Shown here piece after piece: positions 20,101 through 26,422 of a stretch of DNA of 41,095 nucleotides. The stretch is taken from the IMG/VR virus record IMGVR_UViG_3300048630_000450, positions 1 through 41,095 of that record; one strand, 5' to 3'. The notes below the pieces were generated by a model. It searched no databases and was not told the DNA's origin. It saw only the letters and a program-made list of their open reading frames with translations. Position 1 is the stretch's first letter. Each line of letters opens with the position of its first letter. The position numbers were made by a program, and so were the translations under genes. This DNA comes from a virus. Taxonomy: Duplodnaviria > Caudoviricetes.

Positions 20101-23006
20101 TGAATGCTGCCATCAAAGATCTTGGCTATGACGTAATCAAGTCACACGAGGTGGGCATCCGGGAGATGACTCGTACCGACTACATGTTCTTGGATCCGGA
20201 CATGGTTGAGTTCGTAGATGTTGCAACAACTCATAGTTTGGGCGGTTTCGGCAATGCATCCATAGGTGAGATGGCCGCAACTGTTCGGAAACGCGCCACA
20301 GCCAGAAGGGAAGCAGACGGGGGAGGTCTTGCGAGTAGACGAGCGGACGAAGAAGAATTCATCCCCGGTCGTGACCGGATGGAGGGGGAGATGAACGCGG
20401 ACCCAGACGGTCTGCTCTCCAGGCGAAACGCAGGCCGTCTTCGTCCAAAGGAAGAGTTGGCTGCCTTGCGGGAGGGCCGCTACCATCCCCAGATTGGGTT
20501 TCCGGATCCGGTCACACCACCCGAATCTCGACAGCCCCTTTGGGACGTGCGAGGGAAACTGGCTGCGTCACACCTTACAGACGTAGATCTTATGGAACTC
20601 GAAACATATCATTCCCTACTCGGCAAATATCTAGAACGCAGGCAGACCGTAAGTGACACCTATCAGCGTCTTTGGAAGGAAAACGACATAGAGGTATCCG
20701 GATATCCCACTTGGGTAACCGACCGGCTCTACCATCGACCACTAGACACTCCTACCAAGACGACACTCCCGGTAAGGTATGCGCGACCCGGGACAGTAGA
20801 CCCCGACCCCGACAGCCGCATCGCCCATGCCGAGAAGATGCAAGCAGCCCTCGTAGATGAATTCTTTGCTCGACATCTCGGTGAGGATTGGCGAGATACC
20901 AATCCGGATACGCGACTAATGTCAGACGGTACCAGGGGGAAGTTTGGCAAGACTGCAATCACATTCGCCAGCACAGGCCTGAATTATTCGGAAACACTAG
21001 AGTTATTCGAACAAGCCGAATTGCTTGCCACTCACCACGATACTTTCAAGAAACACTGGCAGAAGAATTTTGACGCTATGAAAGAATACGCTAAAACCTC
21101 TATCGCTGTACGGCAAGTTGGAAGAGCCCACGCCCGCAGCGCGGCTGATGCTGGGGAAGAAGCAGAGTTTGATCTTGGCGTTACCCTCTACATGCCAGGG
21201 AATGACAATTTCCGTGGGGCTGTTTCGACTGACCACATAGCAATGGTTAACATGCTCGAAGATATGTTGTTAGTCTCCGGCCACGGGCCACTGTCCGAAA
21301 GTCAAGTGGAGTTACTTGGAAACGCCTCGGAGATAGTACTCCTTGAGCATCAAAAATACACTGAGACCAATACTCTCACTATGGACAGAGTCGGAGATAA
21401 GACCGTCCCGTATGAGTCGCTCGATACACTCCACGAAGAGTGGCATAAATACGATGAGGATGCGGTAGTAGTTACCGTCCCTATGCAGATGAGACGGAAG
21501 GTGAAACGTGCAGGGATTGCACATATCGCTAATCATCTCACTCCAGAAGAAAACGATGCAATCGATGCGGCTTTTGGTACAGCCGGAGCAGGAGATTCTG
21601 ACGCCTTCGCTGCAGGCAATGTTTCCTTTTTGCTTCAAGCCATACACGACACATGGGCACATCAATCCGCCGGTTACGCATCGAAATCCCTAATACTCCA
21701 ACAGGTGATGGCTAGGAACCTGGGATGGGACGACCAGAAAATCGCCGATGACCTGTTCCATGGCGTTGACACCTCGGGCGTCTTCGGCCACAAGGACATG
21801 GACGTGCTGGCACCGTCAATGGCCAGGGGTGGCATAACCTACTCTGAAATTAAAGAGCGGGCAGCGGCAGTTATTGAAAGCCTTGGCGATTCGATGTTAA
21901 CGAATGTGGATGACCGCTCTGGCCGGATCCATATACGTCGAGACTCAGCAACAGGGAATTGGATAGCGCAGGATACAACCACCGGGGAAACCTGGGAGGC
22001 GCCGGACCTCGAGCAAATCGAGAGGATCACGGGCCTCACCCCGGCGGTCGAGGATGTTGCCAGGGACGAAGGGATCAGTCTGGAAGAAGCACAAGAGATC
22101 GTCAACAACGCCGCTGGGCCACTCCGCCCGACCGTGAAATCGTTTACGCTCGGTCTTACTTTCCGCGAATCAGCGGAGCCCTTTGAACAACTCGATCGCC
22201 GAATCGGGTTGGTGTTAGACGACCTCGACGCAGACAGTGTCGCGGAAGAGGTGCGACTCGGAAGGGAATTGGTGGGACTTCGACGTGGGTCGGGGGCTTC
22301 GCTCACACCCGCCGAGCGACGCCGCCGTCGGGCTGAGAAACCTGAGGACCCGGAGGACCCAGGCCCATCCGCTCCAGGCTGGCATTCGGCGGTGACTATG
22401 CCTCCTCACCCGGATGACGTAAAAAACCCCAGAGAGATTCTGTGGACCCTGAAGGATCTGCTGCCATACACGGAAGACAGATTGAAGCCAGGGGCTACCA
22501 TGGCAGAAGCCAGGCGAATAAAAAAGGCATATGAGCGAGTCAGAGCCCACAGGGCCGCACGCGACAATGCACGCCACATGGTTACAGCCCTCGTTTACGA
22601 ACATTACGTTGGAGATGCGTTTAAGGCTGCGCTCGCTGCGGAACAACGAACCACCGCAGCACGGTTAAAGGAAATGGGAGTAGAAACAATACCCCTGTAC
22701 CGGGGATTTATTCTCGGGAAAGATGACGCAGACTCTCTATTGAGTGCGTTGGGGGACACGGGGGCACTTTACGACGATTACATGATGCCATTGACTGCAT
22801 GGTCGACTTCAAAAGAGACCGCTAAAACGTTCGGCACTCTTCACCAGGGTGCAAACGAACCCGACCTAACGGGATTTGTTGTCAGGTCTGATGTTTCTGT
22901 CGATGATATAGTCGGTTTATCAACCCACGGCTTCGGCTGTATATCGGAAGGAGAATGTGTTGTCGGACACGGAGAAAGACACCTCACAATCGAAGCAGTC
23001 TACTAA
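14106..23006 (+). CDS. Polyvalent protein 3 (~2966 aa): DUF3721-like x2, zeta-toxin-like P-loop kinase, three ART-like domains, transglutaminase/papain-like Cys protease
   Basis: ATG 14106 lies just after the upstream stop. Motifs: GCSGAHQH..WMPC and GC..WTPC; YGAPGSGKT..NPDDYK..QGTG..YDNS; YRALP..INPGDWV..EFGW; GDCY..HAWVE; LYHGG..GPGIYTT..GYDVI..FLDP; LYRG..AWSTS..EGECVV. Confidence 0.85.
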   Translation: MATSTDLVASRAAALRLAQQMGCSGAHQHPDGKWMPCATMEEYEELVKKDKKNTVRVVEQRRRYRNSKGKNKRDWEPLAERGVTSIDTIAGGGLIGGSVKAAPWAPDEEDPDVFTTPRLARRRARQLGCIGVSRRVSRSGNIVWTPCSNMTDYAKRTGSTAFGRNFQRRRARRTLERAVAREVRRQLRRKKSLMETLYEGKALGRKLNRARVAATTPFNRDARDADMDMLVQEGTVWERPATPRVPDLPRVPGLRSRRSTGRRHTERRIAPRIDPAQIPKNVPGDENFWDNHRLMERLTELAGYAQMQKLRRANPDEKLYRLARQVEPLLGIDPVTGSRVGERGVPDGDFEVRPIHRYDGARRFRWGNNSEIPTEMEHLPNEVLDRISRDALAEFDRRQETERLRLLERGEEFEPEWYVRGLASRRSEGLTAGPVGPTEQERSGRRRAERGADRAQRRRDIRDRHEFEMDMADPRVNPRVTETEIDEMAEYYEFAEATGGFQSVRGFKLTPEEDRDLSDTEKAAKYRKATLDAVGEEHRGKPVQRVHWVYGAPGSGKTARTSLGHLLVPDASEAAHTNPDDYKRFHKRWNFGEGSGESHQFSRRESERTLSEALDKGMDVVVQGTGKDGRLMNTALFPDSDYRKGRRGDTASVMHYLHVPDDERSRRIADRRTNQRRRYGAEPEDAMNVLDQVVKYIEEGRVDEAHIYDNSGSIDETPPLVATFKDGNLVIYDEDKFNEIFDPKDPDGRPTVFRGRVADRPQVTAYSKSDDPRRGKTYAERLREEGENPGGFRKWDEARREKAIRERKQLEVGRASGDTASYRGMHTAPTKSEEGGDTLDNLTNMLPLREGESNRIRVRVYGSSGSDPEYRRANDEMEAVFDAVTGKPDEMITVYRALPSSRDASENDQINPGDWVSPSPTYAAIHGEGPLRGEYDIVEARVRAGDLVSEGNSLYEFGWDPEPDPVRLSYYTALDGLTEEEAEAVVDLLGRGFRSRRDLDVLNSKDSQSIERRGGKTTSKTLKKGNDDYDRMVKVGYVFEPITGARGHSGGVFPPDRVLGSIRGWALEQGLRGAGLEPHPRTPLDGTVLPPFMPEEVVEKVIEKIYRNHYDQIGDQHKIKREGFDSFVKELEARQLQRTVEAGEDTIDWDAMVPLKPDDIVLINDEHWEAITEVLKDYGITPDLDYMQEYGQRNNNPSAVKAGGKDDAHHGTLRWLRGHLVGPPGGVFRDERDADNKPIRTVIDTKIIDEDMKRIADGEPGWLGAVPPSSQTKGARLNDYTKSGYERNRDDPRGPRMLYSFGQGDVDGVEHWAGRVLQTDQQKKLNAILEDLVVLAEMFDEAGMSSPATQDLLDRITGETKKALNQSHEGPLSEERIKQIDDAVAEALAATYQDDDSGGGGGSGGLASRRDDDGESLQDAYRRHLKAKGIQTDGERAFEEQYGYELRSGDGDCYSAAYRAATELVEKGVDADGDPVTNVRVVVGSPVFPKVGERSGHAWVEYDAVKPPPPLMSSADRDHAKEQILALVEDMDLPPGRKQETIDSFLDAIDRANEANAAAPVRDVTMVRDYASVRDGDDILEFDDMDRGRLEALKPDMARDVYYRAGEMEEVDIAGRFSPAEYEETQVGLFGSDFYDGDATFLTREQVDQHLEDMGIDGGLESKRTDDADAEDARLHDEAIEQLREIFVEAGSEQGWQTLDDLAYEMRRSPRGMMMGGRSRPINPENLEAIRELVEERDPEFMGDLVESQRIRETNEGYRRLTESGLDSGVGVHDRETTTSVRGLFDGHVKDGDPIILYHGGPVDLTGDVDYEVSRNDSGQWGPGIYTTASAFPAIKGWANPWQRNAEGGYDTVDPGYLHTTRWKGENPPRILDVMDPIPDDVLDEVVLPTIDILGKEVADAMTARATKPRVRSDGSFTGGGWKPEYAWVAEELDELREDIERKRDGLSGGRDALTGSETLLQLQTFLQTNEVGREHGGEGWNDDGFIPSDRVKAIRDQMNAAIKDLGYDVIKSHEVGIREMTRTDYMFLDPDMVEFVDVATTHSLGGFGNASIGEMAATVRKRATARREADGGGLASRRADEEEFIPGRDRMEGEMNADPDGLLSRRNAGRLRPKEELAALREGRYHPQIGFPDPVTPPESRQPLWDVRGKLAASHLTDVDLMELETYHSLLGKYLERRQTVSDTYQRLWKENDIEVSGYPTWVTDRLYHRPLDTPTKTTLPVRYARPGTVDPDPDSRIAHAEKMQAALVDEFFARHLGEDWRDTNPDTRLMSDGTRGKFGKTAITFASTGLNYSETLELFEQAELLATHHDTFKKHWQKNFDAMKEYAKTSIAVRQVGRAHARSAADAGEEAEFDLGVTLYMPGNDNFRGAVSTDHIAMVNMLEDMLLVSGHGPLSESQVELLGNASEIVLLEHQKYTETNTLTMDRVGDKTVPYESLDTLHEEWHKYDEDAVVVTVPMQMRRKVKRAGIAHIANHLTPEENDAIDAAFGTAGAGDSDAFAAGNVSFLLQAIHDTWAHQSAGYASKSLILQQVMARNLGWDDQKIADDLFHGVDTSGVFGHKDMDVLAPSMARGGITYSEIKERAAAVIESLGDSMLTNVDDRSGRIHIRRDSATGNWIAQDTTTGETWEAPDLEQIERITGLTPAVEDVARDEGISLEEAQEIVNNAAGPLRPTVKSFTLGLTFRESAEPFEQLDRRIGLVLDDLDADSVAEEVRLGRELVGLRRGSGASLTPAERRRRRAEKPEDPEDPGPSAPGWHSAVTMPPHPDDVKNPREILWTLKDLLPYTEDRLKPGATMAEARRIKKAYERVRAHRAARDNARHMVTALVYEHYVGDAFKAALAAEQRTTAARLKEMGVETIPLYRGFILGKDDADSLLSALGDTGALYDDYMMPLTAWSTSKETAKTFGTLHQGANEPDLTGFVVRSDVSVDDIVGLSTHGFGCISEGECVVGHGERHLTIEAVY

Positions 23007-23133
23007 GAAGTCATGGGAGCGTCGCGGCAAGAAGATTATGCTTAACATGGATGCAGATCCTCGCAATCGGGACTGGATAAGAAACCAAACAGACGACTCT
23101 TACGAAGCGTTAGGTTTACCAAAAAATGGCTAA
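22957..23133 (+). CDS. Small hypothetical protein (~58 aa) overlapping the giant ORF end
   Basis: AAGGAG upstream of GTG/TTG. Reads ..SDTEKDTSQ..MLNMDADPRNRDWIRNQ..KNG*. Below the ORF track length cutoff. Confidence 0.45.
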   Translation: MLSDTEKDTSQSKQSTKKSWERRGKKIMLNMDADPRNRDWIRNQTDDSYEALGLPKNG

Positions 23134-23290
23134 ACGTAGCAAGAAGCCACCAGACTTCATCGAAGAAGTCGAAGCGTATATCAAACAGGCCAAACGGTAC
23201 ACAGACAAGATCGAGAAAGCCAGGAAAGCCAAACCCCGCTTTCCAGAGACACTCAAAGAAATCGGTTCGCGATACCCCAAATCGCAGTAG
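23126..23290 (+). CDS. Small basic hypothetical protein (54 aa)
   Basis: MAKRSKKPPDFIEEVEAYIKQAKRY...; ATG overlaps the previous small ORF. Confidence 0.45.
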   Translation: MAKRSKKPPDFIEEVEAYIKQAKRYTDKIEKARKAKPRFPETLKEIGSRYPKSQ

Positions 23291-23398
23291 TTGCACTGCT
23301 AGCAGAAGAAGCCTAGTAATCTATTTACTAATGGGACAGGTGCTTACCTAGACCCTGCACAGGCAACTATCCAAACTTTTACTCACAGAGGTGAGCAT

Positions 23399-24733
23399 AT
23401 GTCACAGGACACTTCCCGTTTGGGCGAACTGCAGACCGCACTTCGTACCAAGATGGACTCTAACCAGACTATTGCTGACTCCTTCAAGGTGGAAGACGAT
23501 GTTCTAATTGTCGATCAGGAGCGCAAGAGCGCTTTCGACAAGAACATGGTCGACATCAAGGAGTTGCAGAGTCTTATCAAGGGCATTCAGGACCTTGATG
23601 AAATCAATGAGTGGGGCGCAACCCCCGCTCCGCCCGAGGTCGAAGTCGAATCGGTTTCTGGTGCTGCTGCTGCAGGCGCTGCTTTTGCAAGTGCCCAGCC
23701 TCAGTTCAAGACTCTCGGTGAAGCCTTCTGCGATTCGGAGGAGTTCAAGTCCCTCCAGAATGGTCGCAACGGCGCCAACATGCCGAACGCTTGGGTTTAT
23801 GAGGGTTCGCTGACCACGAAGAGTGCCTACAACGTCAAGGATGTCTACTCGGGTCTCCCGACCGGCACCCCTGGCGCATTCGGCACCATTCAGCGTGATC
23901 CGATCGTCATTCCGCCACAGCGGACGAAGCGAGTTCGGGAACTTTTCCCGACACGGACCACCAACGCGGCCATCGTGGAGTACTTCCGCATGACCGGGTT
24001 CACCAACGCTGCTGCAGCAGTCGGGGAGCGCTCAGGTTCGCCTGAGGTCTTCACGGCCAAGCCACAGTCGGCATTCACGTTCGTTGGCGAGCAGGCTCCC
24101 GTGCGGACCCTCGCTCACTGGGAGGCTGCTCACCGCAACGTCCTGGCCGACGAGCCGCAGTTGAGGTCAATCATCGACAACGAGTTGATGTACGGCCTGA
24201 GGCTGCAGGAAGACGCTCAGATCCTTAACGGTTCTGGCTCAGGTGAAAACCTGACAGGCGTTCTCCAGACCACAGGTATCCAGACCTACGCATGGTCGGC
24301 CGGTGCAACACTTCCGGTCAAGGACACCAAGGCTGACGCCATTCGGCGCGCTGCTACCTTGTCGTTCCTCGCATACTACGAGCCCACGGGCGTCGTGATG
24401 CATCCGAACGACTGGGAAGACATTGAGTTGACCAAGGATTCGAACGGCCAGTACTTGGTCGCCATTTCCGTGGCACTCGGTGGCGAGGCTCGCGTGTGGC
24501 GGATCCCGATCGTTGAGACTCCGGCTATTGCTGAGGGCACCGCTTTGGTGGGCGCTTTCGGTACTGGCGCGCAGTTGTACGACCGCGAGCAGGCCAACAT
24601 CCGCGTTTCGGAGCAGCACAGTGACTTCTTCGTGCGCAACGCAATCGTGATCCTGGCCGAGCAGCGTCTCGCGCTGGCAGTGAAGCGCCCTGAGGCCTTC
24701 ACCAAGATCACCTTCGATGCGGCTCCTTCCTAG
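23399..24733 (+). CDS. Major capsid protein, HK97 fold
   Basis: GAGGTG RBS; coiled-coil delta-like N-terminus; VRTLAHW..VLADEPQLRSIIDNELMYGL..EDAQILNGSG; VMHPNDW; KDSNGQYL; FVRNAIVILAEQRLALAVKRPEAF. Confidence 0.95.
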   Translation: MSQDTSRLGELQTALRTKMDSNQTIADSFKVEDDVLIVDQERKSAFDKNMVDIKELQSLIKGIQDLDEINEWGATPAPPEVEVESVSGAAAAGAAFASAQPQFKTLGEAFCDSEEFKSLQNGRNGANMPNAWVYEGSLTTKSAYNVKDVYSGLPTGTPGAFGTIQRDPIVIPPQRTKRVRELFPTRTTNAAIVEYFRMTGFTNAAAAVGERSGSPEVFTAKPQSAFTFVGEQAPVRTLAHWEAAHRNVLADEPQLRSIIDNELMYGLRLQEDAQILNGSGSGENLTGVLQTTGIQTYAWSAGATLPVKDTKADAIRRAATLSFLAYYEPTGVVMHPNDWEDIELTKDSNGQYLVAISVALGGEARVWRIPIVETPAIAEGTALVGAFGTGAQLYDREQANIRVSEQHSDFFVRNAIVILAEQRLALAVKRPEAFTKITFDAAPS

Positions 24734-24777
24734 GCCGTAACGGATAACGGGGGCGACTAACGCCTCCAACTGACTAG

Positions 24778-24827
24778 AGGCCTCCGGCCCCCGCCACCAG
24801 GGTGGGCAAGCCGGGGGCCTTTAGTTT
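24778..24827 (+). terminator. Rho-independent terminator after the capsid gene
   Basis: AGGCCTCCGGC...GCCGGGGGCCT stem followed by TTAGTTT. Confidence 0.7.
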
Positions 24828-24859
24828 GTCCAAAATAACTTTGAAAGCAGTAACGCGCA

Positions 24860-24997
24860 ATGCCATATTCAGGACCGGATGATGAGTTCTACTGGCGCGA
24901 AGAGGCGTTTGGGGAACACCCCATTCTCAGCCCCTGGGGTGATCCCCATCATCCTTCAGAAACAGTAGTTATTCAGATTGACCCCAATAGCGACTAA
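24860..24997 (+). CDS. Possible small hypothetical protein (45 aa)
   Basis: MPYSGPDDEFYWREEAFGEHPILSPW... fills the intergenic gap; no clear RBS. Confidence 0.3.
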   Translation: MPYSGPDDEFYWREEAFGEHPILSPWGDPHHPSETVVIQIDPNSD

Positions 24998-25006
24998 TAT
25001 GTAGTT

Positions 25007-25192
25007 GTGCCTAAGAACTCATCCGACAGCGAAATCTGGGAAGAGTGGGAACGTCTGGCCACCGGATTCAAAGGCTCAGTCGAAGAACTCGAGGAGTTAA
25101 TGGACGAAGAACTCACCGACAAAAGGCCATGGCGTCACAAGCAACCCAAGAGTAAGGATAGTGATGTCAGATTCCGACCACACGAAGATTAA
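25007..25192 (+). CDS. Hypothetical protein (61 aa)
   Basis: ORF overlapping the start of the nuclease gene. Confidence 0.5.
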   Translation: MPKNSSDSEIWEEWERLATGFKGSVEELEELMDEELTDKRPWRHKQPKSKDSDVRFRPHED

Positions 25193-25550
25193 ACGCTTTT
25201 GCTACAACGCAAAGGTGGTTAGGGTTGTAGATGGAGACACTATCGACTTGATGGTTGATCTGGGGTTTTCTATTCATCACAAGGTTCGCGTGCGTCTCTA
25301 TGGGATCAACACGCCAGAAAGCCGGACCAGAGATCTCGAAGAGAAGGCTCTGGGCCTTAAGGCAAAAGACTATGTAGTGGATTGGTTGGACGGACATCCG
25401 ACAATCGTGCTCCAAACCAGCAAAGACAAGGCCGGCAAGTATGGGCGCATTCTCGCCACCATTTGGTCAGACGGCGAGATGACTGCCTGCCTCAACAAAG
25501 ATCTCCTCGACAGTGGAAATGCCGTGGAGTATTTCGGCGGGAAACGTTAG
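25164..25550 (+). CDS. Thermonuclease (SNase family)
   Basis: RVVDGDT, RVRLYGINTPE and GKYGRILA motifs; AAGGA RBS. Confidence 0.9.
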   Translation: MSDSDHTKIKRFCYNAKVVRVVDGDTIDLMVDLGFSIHHKVRVRLYGINTPESRTRDLEEKALGLKAKDYVVDWLDGHPTIVLQTSKDKAGKYGRILATIWSDGEMTACLNKDLLDSGNAVEYFGGKR

Positions 25551-25559
25551 GAGCGTACA

Positions 25560-26420
25560 GTGAGCGTTTTGGTTCATGAGACATTCAAGGACGGCTGGCA
25601 GGATTCCTGGAAAGGGGACATCAAAAACGCCTATGTGAGTGGCGACGCCCTGCGACTGATGTTCCGAGAGGGCAATCATTACGGCTGTGCTCTGTACAAG
25701 GAGGTGCCACCATCTCGCCATGTGAAGGTTTCCTACATGGTGCGGGCGTTGAGCAATTGGAATTCTCACAGCACTGGCAAAACGCTCGGGTTTTGTGATC
25801 TGCGATACAAGGACGAGAGGGGCCGGTCCTACGGGCACGGTAACCGGCAACCCAATCCTGATGGATTCTCATTCCGCACATGGTTCGGCAAAACCAAAGA
25901 CGGATTCATGCCCATCGGCATGTACTTCTATCATCTGGGCCAGGTCCCACGGTGGGGTGATTCTGTCAAGGTCGGACAACTCAAGATTGGCGGCAATGCC
26001 GTTCTCTTTGAGTGCGAAGCCGACTTCGATGAGGGTTTCATCCGTGCTCGGGTGGATGGCGGCGACTGGGTTCGCCACAACCTTGTTGTTACTGACAAGA
26101 CCGCTGTCACATGGGCCTGGTTGGATGCCTACTACGGAGGGCCAGCCGTGGCCCCCGAGAACATGGCGTGGGACATCTCCGACTACAAGTTGGAAAACCT
26201 CGGCGTCGACATCGCTGATCCGGGTATCGACTGGGATGCGATCGCCAGGATGATCGCCGAGAAGGAAGAGGCCGCCAAGGAAACCGCAGAGTCTGAAGCA
26301 GTCGAGCCACTCGATCCTACGCCAGAGGAAGCGAACCCGAAGGTCTTCGTGGATGCCGGATACGTTATAGGCATAGCCCAGCAACTCAGGGAATTGGCAG
26401 ATCAGATCGAATCTCTTTAG
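25560..26420 (+). CDS. Polysaccharide lyase family 14-like beta-jelly-roll protein
   Basis: TGKTLGF..GFSFRTWF..MYFYHLGQ..WGD..YYGG resembles PL14 GGKLPG..GFSxRxMW..YxYH..FFGG; AGGAG RBS. Confidence 0.55.
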   Translation: MSVLVHETFKDGWQDSWKGDIKNAYVSGDALRLMFREGNHYGCALYKEVPPSRHVKVSYMVRALSNWNSHSTGKTLGFCDLRYKDERGRSYGHGNRQPNPDGFSFRTWFGKTKDGFMPIGMYFYHLGQVPRWGDSVKVGQLKIGGNAVLFECEADFDEGFIRARVDGGDWVRHNLVVTDKTAVTWAWLDAYYGGPAVAPENMAWDISDYKLENLGVDIADPGIDWDAIARMIAEKEEAAKETAESEAVEPLDPTPEEANPKVFVDAGYVIGIAQQLRELADQIESL

Positions 26421-26422
26421 CC

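Noticed and set aside
389-22646. Numerous antisense and alternate-frame ORFs inside the giant genes
   Set aside because: These are typical shadow ORFs of GC-rich coding DNA, with no motifs or RBS support.
23291-23325. Sigma70 promoter for the capsid gene (TTGCAC..TAATCT)
   Set aside because: The spacing is about 20 nt, so it is not convincing.
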